Source: Gemmatimonadota bacterium (lineage in GTDB: Bacteria; Gemmatimonadota; Gemmatimonadetes; Gemmatimonadales; GWC2-71-9). From it: a DNA stretch of 64,000 nucleotides. This document shows, piece after piece, positions 9,185-19,300 of the stretch (its first letter is position 1; every line of letters begins with the position of its first letter). The position numbers were made by a program, and so were the translations under genes. Location: NCBI GenBank assembly GCA_036679605.1, contig JAZDCZ010000102.1:1-64000 (forward strand), in the 5' to 3' direction. The notes below the pieces were generated by a model that had not been told where the DNA came from, made no database searches, and saw nothing but the letters and a program-made list of their open reading frames with translations.

Positions 9185-9988
9185 TCAAGGCGCAAGTTCT
9201 TGCACGTAACATGGATATTCAGCCTGTGCCCTCCGGACCAAAGCGAGATCGAGGTCCACCGTAGCTACCGGAGTGTTGCTTGCGGTCTCTGCCAGCAGCT
9301 CTCCTGTCGGACCAAATATCCAACCGCGACCCGCGAATTCCTGGCCGTCCGCTGCGATGCCGCCGCGGTTCGAACTGGCCACGTAACAGCCCGATACGAT
9401 AGCGGCCGCCGAAAGCATGGATTGCCAACGTTGCTCCGAGCCCGGTGGCGTAGCACGGGGCACCGCAATTAAGTGGACGCCCTCACGACGATAGTGACGC
9501 GCCCACTCGTTGAACATGACGTCTGTGCAAATAAGAAAGCCCACTGTGAGTTCTCTCACCTCGGCTGTCTCGAACCGCAAGTCGCCTCGCTCGAACCAGC
9601 GGGCCTCGTAGTACCCGGGCTCATTCGGAAAAAACTGCTTGGTGTGCACGCGTTGTATTGCTCCATCGGACGTCCAGGCGAATGCCTCGTTAACACTCTT
9701 CTCTCCTTCGAATGTGGCCCGCGTGCCCAGAATCGCCGCCGTATCGAAATCAGATAGCCGACTCATTCCCTCATCGTGCTGGCGGTGTAATGTGAACAAC
9801 ATGTCGCGATCCTTTTCTGGCAACGCCGACACCCACTTCCCGAACGGCATCTCATTGAGCAACAAGAGATCTGCCTTGGCAGCCCGCACATCGCTCACCA
9901 ATTGCTGCCACGACTCATATCCTACCACCGTATCGGGGAATGACTGGCATATCGCGACTTTCACTTGAGAAGAAACCTCACAATTCAA
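9185..9988 (-). CDS. carbon-nitrogen hydrolase (nitrilase superfamily)
   Basis: E-K-C triad context: LNEM, HTKQFF, LICTD. Confidence 0.85.
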   Translation of the reverse strand: MNCEVSSQVKVAICQSFPDTVVGYESWQQLVSDVRAAKADLLLLNEMPFGKWVSALPEKDRDMLFTLHRQHDEGMSRLSDFDTAAILGTRATFEGEKSVNEAFAWTSDGAIQRVHTKQFFPNEPGYYEARWFERGDLRFETAEVRELTVGFLICTDVMFNEWARHYRREGVHLIAVPRATPPGSEQRWQSMLSAAAIVSGCYVASSNRGGIAADGQEFAGRGWIFGPTGELLAETASNTPVATVDLDLALVRRAQAEYPCYVQELAP

Positions 9989-11040
9989 ATTCCGAGCAGT
10001 TCTCTAACAGCTTCAACCTTGGGTGGAGCCGTTGGAGGTGATACCGCAAGACTGGTAGCCGTGGTCGGGTCTTTGAGCCCGTGTCCGGTCAATGTGCATA
10101 CGATCGTCGCGGACGCTGCCAACCGCCCTAGCTCGCCTAACTTCTTGAGTCCCGCAATACCGGCGGCCGAGGCGGGCTCCGCAAAGATCCCTTCGGTACG
10201 GGCCAAGATACCATAGGCCTGCAGTATTTCATCATCGGTCACTGACTCGATAACGCCGCCAGATTCGTCGCGCGCTCGCTCCGCCCCCTTCCAGCTTGCC
10301 GGATTGCCTATTCGAATTGCCGTCGCCACCGTATCCGGGTCAGGTACGATGCGGTGTAACACTATCGGTGCCGCACCGTCTGCCTGAAACCCCATCATCC
10401 TTGGAAGTGAACCGATCAGCTTGCTCTTGTGGTATTCCTGGTAACCCATCCAGTACGCAGTAATGTTTCCCGCATTTCCCACCGGAAGGAAATGGTAATC
10501 CGGAGCCTGTCCAAGTTCATTACAGATCTCGAAGGCCGCCGTCTTTTGACCTTGAATTCGAAACGGATTGATAGAGTTCACAACGATGATGCTGCACTGT
10601 CTAGCCAGCTCTGTGACGATCTCCAGAGCCTCGTCGAATCCACCATCGATCGACACCACCGTCGCTCCATGAGCCATGGCTTGGCTCAACTTCCCTAGGG
10701 CAACCTTGCCCTCCGGAATGACGACAAACGCGTTGATGCCGGCGCGGGCTGCATAGGCAGCGGCGGACGCAGACGTGTTGCCAGTCGACGCGCAAATCAC
10801 GGCATCCGCTCCGTTGGCTACGGCGGCCGAAATCGCCACCGTCATTCCTCGGTCCTTGAAAGATCCAGTCGGGTTCGCGGCCTCGTACTTCAAATAGAGT
10901 TTGCCCGAGATCGACAGCGCCTCAGCAAGGCGCGGGGCATCGATGAGTGGAGTGCCACCCTCTAGGAGAGTTATCGCTTCCACATTAGCGTCGAGCGGCA
11001 GGTGGCTGCGAAACTCCTCGATCACTCCTCTCCAGCTCAT
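9985..11040 (-). CDS. thrC: threonine synthase
   Basis: NPTGSFKDRG PLP lysine, CASTGNTSAS, PVGNAGN, TGHGLKD. Confidence 0.92.
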   Translation of the reverse strand: MSWRGVIEEFRSHLPLDANVEAITLLEGGTPLIDAPRLAEALSISGKLYLKYEAANPTGSFKDRGMTVAISAAVANGADAVICASTGNTSASAAAYAARAGINAFVVIPEGKVALGKLSQAMAHGATVVSIDGGFDEALEIVTELARQCSIIVVNSINPFRIQGQKTAAFEICNELGQAPDYHFLPVGNAGNITAYWMGYQEYHKSKLIGSLPRMMGFQADGAAPIVLHRIVPDPDTVATAIRIGNPASWKGAERARDESGGVIESVTDDEILQAYGILARTEGIFAEPASAAGIAGLKKLGELGRLAASATIVCTLTGHGLKDPTTATSLAVSPPTAPPKVEAVRELLGI

Positions 11041-11234
11041 CTGCTACTCCTGACTGAGGCCGTGTGGTCAGCGAAGCCATAAGCTAACGACCTCGAAGAC
11101 TAGTCAACAGCGCTCCTGGCGCGATTCCCGCCCGAGAGCATATTAAGAGAGTCTATGTCCAATACAACTACTCACATTTCTTTCAAGTGGCAAACGGACG
11201 ATGTCCCCGAACAGTACAAGAGGAGGAACGAAGA

Positions 11235-11822
11235 ATGCATGACGTCCTGAACAAGAATCTATTCCTGGTCAAGGAACACGTTGGAATGTTCAAGGCCGCG
11301 AACAACTACGACATTCATGATCCCGAGAGCGGTCAAGTCGTCATGCATTGCAGAGAGCCAAAACTGGGATTCTTTACGAAGATCCTACGGTTCACCGAGT
11401 ACAAGCGCTATACGCCTTTTGATGTAAGAATCACCCTACCCGATGGCCAGCCGCTGATACGGGTTACACGCGGTGTGACCTTCATTCGCTCTCGAGTAGA
11501 CGTCTTGGACAAGACCGGAACTAGAATAGGAGGATTCAAGCAGAGACTACTTTCTATCGGTGGGGCCTTCGAAGTCCTGGACGATAACGATCAAGTTCTT
11601 TGCCATCTCAAGGGCAAGTGGACGGGCTGGGATTTCCGCTTTCTTGCCAACGAAGTCGAACTAGCTCATGTCACCAAAAAGTGGGCCGGACTCGGCAAGG
11701 AATTGTTCACCAGTGCCGATAACTACGTACTGGAGATATCCGACTCAGTCCCCCCGGACAGCAAGATGCGTCAGCTTATCTTAGCCGCAGTGATGTGCAT
11801 CGACATGGTACTCAAGGAATAG
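11235..11822 (+). CDS. LURP-one/scramblase-like (tubby C-terminal fold) protein
   Basis: KGKWTGWDF, KELFTSADNY, ILAAVMCID; AGGAGG RBS. Confidence 0.7.
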   Translation: MHDVLNKNLFLVKEHVGMFKAANNYDIHDPESGQVVMHCREPKLGFFTKILRFTEYKRYTPFDVRITLPDGQPLIRVTRGVTFIRSRVDVLDKTGTRIGGFKQRLLSIGGAFEVLDDNDQVLCHLKGKWTGWDFRFLANEVELAHVTKKWAGLGKELFTSADNYVLEISDSVPPDSKMRQLILAAVMCIDMVLKE

Positions 11823-11830
11823 GGCCGGAC

Positions 11831-13015
11831 ATGAACAAAGCGTCGTGGCACGGGGTTCTATCTCGCACAATGGCTAAACAACTGCTCCTAATTCTACTGC
11901 TGGGTTCGACTGGCACGCTCGCGTGCCAGGGTCAAGCAAGTGAGCGGCCGCCATCTTCTGTTGGCATCATGGAAGCGGCAAAGACCGATTCCAGTTTTGC
12001 GAATCTAATCGAGGAACTATCGGAGCCCGGTGGGTACTTCGATACCGATAACCTGATTTCAAATGAAAGATCATACTTGCATGTGATGGGCAAGATGCGG
12101 GACGTTGGCGTTAGTGGCGGAGTCTACATCGGAGTGGGTCCGGACCAGAACTTTTCGTACATTGCCCAGGTTCGTCCCAAGATCGCGTTCATAATCGACA
12201 TTCGCAGAGACAACCTGCTACAGCACCTGATGTTCAAGGCAGCGTTCGCCCTGTCCGACAACCGCATCGAGTATCTCTGCCTGCTGTTCGGCTGTCCCGT
12301 ACCCAAAGACCAGGCCGGCTGGGTTCGGAAGCAAATCCAAGAGTTGGTGGACCATGTTGATGGATCGACAATTGACGACCGGAGAGTCTCCTCAGCCCGC
12401 ACCGCTATTCTGGATCAGGTGCAACGCTTCGGGCTGGAGCTTGCAGATTCAGATCTCGCCACAATCGGTCGTATCCATCAAGAGTTTGTTGACGGAGGAC
12501 TAAACCTGCAGTTCACCAGTTTCTATCGGAGACCGCAGCGACTCTATCCTACATTTCGAGATCTCTTGCTCGAGCAAGATCTCACCGGACGTCAGACCAA
12601 CTACATGACTACCGAGGACGATTTTCAGTTCATTAAGAGATTACAAGAGCGAAATCTCGTCGTTCCCGTAGTGGGCGATCTGGCGGGCGATCACGCTCTG
12701 GCAGCAATCGCCCGGTACGTTAAAGAACGGGGAGAGCGTGTCTCTGCATTCTACGTCTCAAATATCGAGTTCTACCTCGTGCGCCAGGAAAAGTTCGATC
12801 GTTTTGCCGAAACTGTCACCAGTCTGCCGATCGACAGCCACAGCGTGCTCATCCGGAGCCTGTTCGGTCGAGGAGCGTACGAGCACCCGCAGGCAGTGCC
12901 CGGATACGGCAGCACTCAGTTGTTACAAACCATCGGGAGCTTTGTGGACGAATATAAACAGGGTGGATACCGCAGCTACTGGGACATCGTCAGCAAGCAT
13001 GTAATAAACCAGTAG
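11831..13015 (+). CDS. conserved hypothetical lipoprotein
   Basis: Lipobox TLAC. Conserved-looking motifs GYFDTDNLISNE, YIGVGPDQNFSYI, FYVSNIEFYL. Confidence 0.7.
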   Translation: MNKASWHGVLSRTMAKQLLLILLLGSTGTLACQGQASERPPSSVGIMEAAKTDSSFANLIEELSEPGGYFDTDNLISNERSYLHVMGKMRDVGVSGGVYIGVGPDQNFSYIAQVRPKIAFIIDIRRDNLLQHLMFKAAFALSDNRIEYLCLLFGCPVPKDQAGWVRKQIQELVDHVDGSTIDDRRVSSARTAILDQVQRFGLELADSDLATIGRIHQEFVDGGLNLQFTSFYRRPQRLYPTFRDLLLEQDLTGRQTNYMTTEDDFQFIKRLQERNLVVPVVGDLAGDHALAAIARYVKERGERVSAFYVSNIEFYLVRQEKFDRFAETVTSLPIDSHSVLIRSLFGRGAYEHPQAVPGYGSTQLLQTIGSFVDEYKQGGYRSYWDIVSKHVINQ

Positions 13016-13180
13016 TTGGCCGGGTCCCGTTGACTGCAAACCCCTAGCTCTCCGCAGCGCTTCCATTTGCCCAGGGATACCAAGTATCTTGAGTTCACCG
13101 CCACGGTCGCGATCTGACGTGCCACGAGTCCGGTGCGCACCCTGAGCCGGCCGGCCCAAGAGAAACAAGAGTTTGGAGAC

Positions 13181-15034
13181 ATGACTGCAAAGACAGAGGT
13201 TGCTGCCGAAAACCGCGAAGCCGTAGTTATCAGATTCGCAGGAGATTCGGGCGACGGCATGCAACTGACGGGAAATCAGTTTACCCAGCAAACAGCCTTG
13301 TTCGGCAACGACCTGGCCACGTTTCCCGACTATCCCGCCGAGATCCGAGCACCTGCGGGCACGACATTTGGCGTCTCGGCGTTCCAGATCCACTTCGGTG
13401 CGTACGGTATCCTAACGGCCGGAGACGACCTCGACGTCCTAGTGGCCATGAACCCGGCCGCGCTCAAAGTGAACCTCGAAGATATGAAGCCCGGAGGAAC
13501 CGTGATTGTCGATTCCTCCGCGTTCACCAAGCGCAATCTGGCAAAGGCTGGATACGAGTCCAATCCGCTTACCGAGGGCGACCTCAGCGGCTACACTGTC
13601 ATCGAACTCGACATTTCCAAGATGACGCTCGAAGCTGTCAAGGAATTCGGACTCGGACAAAAGGAGGCGCTGAGGAGCCGCAACATGTGGACGCTGGGAC
13701 TCACGCTCTGGATGTACGGTCGAGAGCGCCAGGCTACGTTAGACCTGCTCCAAGAGAAGTTTAGAGATCGGCCCGATATTGCGGAAGCGAATATCGCAGC
13801 CTTGAACGCCGGACACGCGTTTGGGGAAACGGCCGAACTGGCTAGCTACACAGTCGGCACTCAGGACACGGACGCGGAACTGGAACCGGGTTTGTACCGA
13901 ACCGTAACGGGAACCCAGACTCTGGCGTGGGGCCTCTTGGCAGGCGCACGGTCGGCCGGCCTCAAGATAATGCTCGGCTCCTACCCCATCACGCCCGCAT
14001 CTCCACTCTTGCATGCTCTCGCAAAGCTCAAGCAATTCGGGGTGATTACATTTCAGGCTGAAGACGAAATCGCCGCCGTCTGCTCGGCGATCGGCGCGTC
14101 GTATGCTGGAGCGCTGGGAGTGACGTCCAGTTCTGGCCCCGGTATCGCACTCAAGACCGAAGCGATTGGACTTGCGATAGCCACGGAATTACCTCTGGTC
14201 ATTGTAAACTCACAGCGCGCCGGTCCGTCAACCGGCCTCCCGACTAAAACGGAACAATCAGATCTCTACCAGGCGGTGTATGGACGCAATGCAGATGCAC
14301 CGCTGCCCGTAGTGGCAGCGGCCACATCATCAGATTGTTTTGAAGTAGCTTTTGAGGCTGTACGCCTGGCCACAAAATATATGACGCCGGTTATGCTCCT
14401 GACCGATGGATATCTCACAAACGCCGCTGAACCTTGGCACATCCCCAACGCTGACGACTTGCCGCGATTCCCAGTCGCCTTCAGAGACGACACCGAAGGA
14501 TTTCATCCATCATTGAGGGACCCGGAAACTCTTGCGCGCGTTTGGGCTACACCCGGTACACCTGGACTCGAGCATCGCATTGGTGGGCTCGAGAAGTCCG
14601 ATGATACGGGACACATATGCTATGACTCCGACAATCACCAACGCATGACCGATATTCGCGCCGCCAAAATAGCCGGCATAGCAAAGGATATCCCGCTCCA
14701 GACGGTGTCGGTGGGTAATGAGAGTGGAAGAATGGCTGTAGTCGGTTGGGGGTCTACATATGGCCCGATACACAAAGCAGTACAGCGATTACTCGCAGAG
14801 GGTTACGACGTCTCGCAAATTCATATTAGATACCTCAATCCGTTCCCGCGAAATCTCGGAGACCTACTGCGAGGATTTGACCAAATATTGGTTCCAGAGA
14901 TGAACAACGGGCAATTGGTGACAATGTTGCGTAGCGCTTACCTGATTGACGCCGAAGGCCTCAACAAGGTCGAGGGCAAACCATTCAAAATATCTGAGCT
15001 GGTAAGTGCCGTCCGATCCAGGCTGGAGAATTGA
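13181..15034 (+). CDS. korA: 2-oxoacid:ferredoxin oxidoreductase alpha subunit
   Basis: FAGDSGDGMQL, YPITPA, QAEDEIAA, QRAGPSTGLPTK, PEMNNGQL. Confidence 0.92.
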   Translation: MTAKTEVAAENREAVVIRFAGDSGDGMQLTGNQFTQQTALFGNDLATFPDYPAEIRAPAGTTFGVSAFQIHFGAYGILTAGDDLDVLVAMNPAALKVNLEDMKPGGTVIVDSSAFTKRNLAKAGYESNPLTEGDLSGYTVIELDISKMTLEAVKEFGLGQKEALRSRNMWTLGLTLWMYGRERQATLDLLQEKFRDRPDIAEANIAALNAGHAFGETAELASYTVGTQDTDAELEPGLYRTVTGTQTLAWGLLAGARSAGLKIMLGSYPITPASPLLHALAKLKQFGVITFQAEDEIAAVCSAIGASYAGALGVTSSSGPGIALKTEAIGLAIATELPLVIVNSQRAGPSTGLPTKTEQSDLYQAVYGRNADAPLPVVAAATSSDCFEVAFEAVRLATKYMTPVMLLTDGYLTNAAEPWHIPNADDLPRFPVAFRDDTEGFHPSLRDPETLARVWATPGTPGLEHRIGGLEKSDDTGHICYDSDNHQRMTDIRAAKIAGIAKDIPLQTVSVGNESGRMAVVGWGSTYGPIHKAVQRLLAEGYDVSQIHIRYLNPFPRNLGDLLRGFDQILVPEMNNGQLVTMLRSAYLIDAEGLNKVEGKPFKISELVSAVRSRLEN

Positions 15035-15035
15035 G

Positions 15036-16061
15036 ATGACCGTCGCATCAACTCCGGAACTAAAGCCCAAAGATTTCGCATCTGACCAAGAGGTCCGCTG
15101 GTGCCCCGGGTGCGGAGATTATGCCATTCTCAAAGCAGTTCAGCGAACACTAAGCGAGGTAGGTGCCAAGCGCGAGAACACGGTGTTCATTTCAGGCATC
15201 GGATGCGCGGCACGCTTTCCCTACTACGTCTCTACGTACGGCTTCCACACCATCCACGGGCGGGCTCCGGCGGTTGCGACAGGCGTAAAGCTAGCCAATC
15301 CCGAATTGGACGTCTGGGTCATGACCGGCGACGGCGATGCACTGAGTATCGGTGGCAATCACCTGTTGCATGTTCTCCGGCGTAATGTCGATCTCCAAAT
15401 CATCTTGTTCAACAACGAGATCTACGGACTCACGAAGGGTCAGTATTCGCCGACCTCAAGGGAGGGTACTAAGTCTCCATCAACCCCGCATGGCTCGATC
15501 GAAAGTCCCGTTTCGCCAGTGCTGCTCGCATTGGGAGCCGGAGGCAGATTTGTTGCCCGCGGGATTGATACGCAACAGCCACGGTTGATCGAAATTCTAA
15601 AGCGTGCACGGAGCAACAGAGGTGCGTCGTTCGTTGAGATCTTTCAAAACTGCGTGGTCTACAATGACGAGGTCTTCAGTGACTTTACTGAAAAGAGCGT
15701 CAGCTCCGACATGCAGATCCACTTGGAACATGGCAAACCGATCCTGTTCGGGAAAGACCTCAATAAGGGACTCGGCCTGAAGTGCAATAGTCTCGAACTC
15801 GAGATCGTCAGCGTGGGCGACGACGGTGTGGCGTTAGACGAAGTGATCGTCCACGACGAAACAAACCGCGGCCTGGCAGCGATGCTCGCCGCTTTGCAGC
15901 CGCCCGAATTTCCCGTCGCCCTCGGCGTGCTGTACTGCGATCCAAAAACGCCATACGACCAAGCCGTCCTGGCACAAGTGGCAGAGGCCGGCGGAGGGAA
16001 TGGCCAGGCTGACCTAAATGCCCTCATGAGGCAAGGCCAGACCTGGACCGTAGAGGGATAG
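15036..16061 (+). CDS. korB: 2-oxoacid:ferredoxin oxidoreductase beta subunit
   Basis: WCPGCGD, SGIGC, TPP motif GDGD...NN, YGLTKGQYSPT. Confidence 0.92.
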   Translation: MTVASTPELKPKDFASDQEVRWCPGCGDYAILKAVQRTLSEVGAKRENTVFISGIGCAARFPYYVSTYGFHTIHGRAPAVATGVKLANPELDVWVMTGDGDALSIGGNHLLHVLRRNVDLQIILFNNEIYGLTKGQYSPTSREGTKSPSTPHGSIESPVSPVLLALGAGGRFVARGIDTQQPRLIEILKRARSNRGASFVEIFQNCVVYNDEVFSDFTEKSVSSDMQIHLEHGKPILFGKDLNKGLGLKCNSLELEIVSVGDDGVALDEVIVHDETNRGLAAMLAALQPPEFPVALGVLYCDPKTPYDQAVLAQVAEAGGGNGQADLNALMRQGQTWTVEG

Positions 16062-16086
16062 TTACTCAAGTCTCGGCTGTCGTGTC

Positions 16087-16908
16087 TCAGGAGAGCACGA
16101 CACCAGCGTACGCCACCACGCTGGTGTCGTCGCCGGTCACCCACCCGCTGTGCCGATAGTCGACCACTTCTCCGCTTGTCGCACCGAGTAGCCGAGCCGC
16201 CTCCAACACCACTGCGGCCGGCGCCCGGCCACACATGGTCACATTATCTCGACGGCAGATGCTCAAGAGTTCTTTGCCGTCAAGTCGTTCCACGGCAGTT
16301 AGCGCGCCCCTATCTTTGCGTTCTGCACTCTCGGCAGCTTCATAGTGAGTCATATCGGACGACGCGACCAGCAGTACCTCATCGGGCCAAGCTCGAACAG
16401 TTTCTGCAAGAGCCGTCGCCAGAAGTTCACATCGTTCCCAGTCGTCCCAGGCCAACACCAGCGGTGCTATCGCTGCTTTCGGTGCAAGAACGGACAGGAA
16501 AGGCAGTTCCACCTCGATCGCATGCTCTGCACGATGCGCCAACGAATCGTGAGCCACGAGCGGACATCGAGCTTCCAACTCAGAGAGGAACCCGGCGTCA
16601 ACAGCCACCTCGCCGAGTGGCGTGCTGAAGGCTCGGCCGGTCCAGGCGCCCGCTCCGCCACGATTCTCCAACAGTCCAGTGTGGTTGGGTGCCAGGATTA
16701 CGATTAGCGGGGGCGCAACGATCCCACCGAACACACGCGCCGCACACTTGCCGGAATAGATGAGTCCTGCGTGGGGCACGATCGCGCCCACCGCGCTAAC
16801 CGGCTGCGCGTACACCTCTCCCAGCATGGACTCTACCAGCTTCTTGAGTTCAGCCGCCTCGGCTGGGTAGAAACGGCCTGCTACAGCGGGTGGGCGAACC
16901 TCATGCAC
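16087..16908 (-). CDS. amrB: AmmeMemoRadiSam system protein B (MEMO1 family)
   Basis: RPPAVAGRFYP, PHAGLIYSG, EHAIEV, SSDMTHY, TMCG, VVAYAG. Confidence 0.9.
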   Translation of the reverse strand: MHEVRPPAVAGRFYPAEAAELKKLVESMLGEVYAQPVSAVGAIVPHAGLIYSGKCAARVFGGIVAPPLIVILAPNHTGLLENRGGAGAWTGRAFSTPLGEVAVDAGFLSELEARCPLVAHDSLAHRAEHAIEVELPFLSVLAPKAAIAPLVLAWDDWERCELLATALAETVRAWPDEVLLVASSDMTHYEAAESAERKDRGALTAVERLDGKELLSICRRDNVTMCGRAPAAVVLEAARLLGATSGEVVDYRHSGWVTGDDTSVVAYAGVVLS

Positions 16909-16915
16909 GATGTCA

Positions 16916-18181
16916 CTATTCCGTCTTCGGGGGAGGCTGCTTCCACACCAGGCGATCGAGTGCAATCCGACCGTCTGTCATGACGAACAGCACGTCTTGG
17001 TAGGCACCTATGTCATCCAGTGGATTCCGCTCCAACACGAGTAGATCGGCGTCCATCCCGGGCGCAATCATGCCGGTGTGGTCGTCGACACCCAGTAGTT
17101 CTGCCGCGACGGTCGTCGCAGCCCGTATTGCCTCGATCGGGGTCATGCCGATGCCCACCAATTCTAGTAGCTCGTGGCTTAGTCGTAATACACTCTGAGG
17201 GCCGTAGCCTGTATCCGTCGCTGCGGCAATCTTGACGCCCTTACCGTGCGCGTTCGCAGCCATTTCCCGAACACGTGGCAGCATGTGGCGCCCGCGGATC
17301 GCCAGAACTGGGTTGTCGTAGTCGCCACCGGGCACAGTCAGATCGGACACGACTGCAATGGTGGGCACTAGAAACGTGCCCTTTTGTTTCATGATCGAGA
17401 GTGTCTCCTCGCTCAAATACGTACCGTGCTCGATGCTGCGGACTCCCGCCTCTACCGCGGCTCTGGCCCCTTCGTCGCCGTGCGCATGCGCGGCCACGGG
17501 GATGCCGGCGTTCGCGGCCTCGTCCACCAGGGCTCTAAGTTCCAGCTCCCCGTAGAGCGGTTTGCGGGGGTCGGTGTCGGGTAGCCCGGCTCGTTCTGTG
17601 GAGGTGGTCTTGATGAAGTCCACGCCGTGCGCAATCATCACTCTCGCGACTCGCCTCATGGCCTCCTCACCTCGCACGCCGGCATCCATGAGGTCGCTCA
17701 GGTCCGGCTCGTCGATGAAGAACTCCGTCTGCATGCTGGGCCGCACGTGGTAGCCGGCAGCCAGCAATTCCGGTCCCTCCATGGCACCTTTGGCAATGAG
17801 TGCCCGCAGTCCAACGTCGCTGAACCCTACTCCCATACTTCTGGCAGTTGTTACTCCTGACTGAAGCGCGCGGCGAGCAGCATCCAGATTCCTGATGTGC
17901 ACGTGGGCATCGATCAAGCCTGGCACCAGGAACCGCCCGCCCAAGTCGATTACGCGGGCACCCGCCGGGACTGAACTACGGCCCACCGTAACGCTCAGGA
18001 TCTTCCCAGACCCGACCACCACGGTGGCATTCACCAATGGCTGATCGCGGCCGGGATCGATAACGGTCGCTCCCACGAAAGCCATTGTCTGCCCTGATCC
18101 TTGGGCTCCTGCGGCGTTCGAGACCGCGGCCATGGCGATGAAGATCGCCACAACAATTCTGCCTGCCCGCACCGATACCAT
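16916..18181 (-). CDS. secreted amidohydrolase family protein
   Basis: PGLIDAHVH, AHAHG, SIEHG; signal peptide. Confidence 0.85.
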   Translation of the reverse strand: MVSVRAGRIVVAIFIAMAAVSNAAGAQGSGQTMAFVGATVIDPGRDQPLVNATVVVGSGKILSVTVGRSSVPAGARVIDLGGRFLVPGLIDAHVHIRNLDAARRALQSGVTTARSMGVGFSDVGLRALIAKGAMEGPELLAAGYHVRPSMQTEFFIDEPDLSDLMDAGVRGEEAMRRVARVMIAHGVDFIKTTSTERAGLPDTDPRKPLYGELELRALVDEAANAGIPVAAHAHGDEGARAAVEAGVRSIEHGTYLSEETLSIMKQKGTFLVPTIAVVSDLTVPGGDYDNPVLAIRGRHMLPRVREMAANAHGKGVKIAAATDTGYGPQSVLRLSHELLELVGIGMTPIEAIRAATTVAAELLGVDDHTGMIAPGMDADLLVLERNPLDDIGAYQDVLFVMTDGRIALDRLVWKQPPPKTE

Positions 18182-18322
18182 TTATCCCTCCGCGTGAGTG
18201 GTCATTGCAACTTCCGATCATGTTGGGGATGTGCCGCGGCCTGGCTTACTCACTCCGGCCATCGCCCGTATCTTGGTCTAAGATAGACCGAGCTACATAA
18301 GACCACTAGCCTGGATGGACTC

Positions 18323-18749
18323 ATGAGAACTCACGACCGACGCAGATTCCTCGAGCACATGTTTGGCGGGATGGCTGCGGCCACCCTCGTCCCGTCGTTC
18401 AAACGGAATTCAGATTCCCAACCCTGTGGCCTTCCACAACACCATTGGCCCCAGTCGAATTGAGTCTCGCGTTCTTTCGATTGCCTCAGCACTAAAAGAG
18501 AAGCTGCAGGATCGCATCGAGGAGGTTCGGTTCCACACCCCGCTAGAACCGGATTTGAGCGCTGGCGTAGTGGTTTTCGCAATACCGACCGTAAACGTGC
18601 GCGAGTTGTACGGTACCCTCTACTCCGAACACAGCATAGGGTGTGCAGCGATGGGCGGTGACTTCACCGGCATAAGGTTGAGTCCGCACATCTACAACAC
18701 AATGCGAGAGGTCGATCGAGTGGTCGACGCGATCACAGTGCACCTGTGA
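18323..18749 (+). pseudogene. internally deleted Tat-exported class V aminotransferase (isopenicillin N epimerase-like)
   Basis: MRTHDRRRFLEHMFGGMAAATL twin-arginine signal at 18323, joined out of frame to the C-terminal domain (...GIRLSPHIYNT..VDRVVDAI). The PLP domain is absent. Confidence 0.7.
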
Positions 18750-18834
18750 TCGCCGAGGCTCCGAGGGCTAAAGACTGGCGGTCTTTCGTACTGACCGATA
18801 TCATGCATATACCTGCTACAATGAGGTTCGAACC

Positions 18835-19269
18835 ATGCCCACCGTCAGCGCTATTCTCGAGAGAAAAGGCCAAGAGGTAGTATCGCTCGTAGCTGAAGAA
18901 TCGGTTTTGAACGCCGCCCGCCTGATGAACGAGAGAGAGATCGGAGGGGTGGTAGTGACCGAAGGCGGAAAGATGGTCGGTATCTTCACGGAACGGGACG
19001 TGTTGCGGCGAGTAGTAGCTGAGCAACGAGATCCGGCGACTACATCCGTTGGTGAAGTCATGACGTCGCCAGTTGTAACCTGCAAAGCCGACACAAAACT
19101 CAACGATTGCCGGGCAGTAATGACCAACAAACGCATTCGGCATTTGCCCGTATTCGACGACTCGGGCGTGGCCGGCATACTGACGATCGGCGACCTCATG
19201 GCGTTTCAGGTAACGGACCAAGAGGCCACGATCGAACATCTCAACAGCTACATTTTCGACCTGCGCTGA
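18835..19269 (+). CDS. CBS-domain protein
   Basis: VGIFTERDVL and RIRHLPV CBS pair. Confidence 0.9.
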   Translation: MPTVSAILERKGQEVVSLVAEESVLNAARLMNEREIGGVVVTEGGKMVGIFTERDVLRRVVAEQRDPATTSVGEVMTSPVVTCKADTKLNDCRAVMTNKRIRHLPVFDDSGVAGILTIGDLMAFQVTDQEATIEHLNSYIFDLR

Positions 19270-19300
19270 CGCATTTCCGAAGCCCCAGCGGTTGCAGGAC

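Noticed and set aside
18363..18749. 128-aa stand-alone CDS
   Set aside because: Only the C-terminal remnant of an aminotransferase; the true start and Tat signal are in another frame
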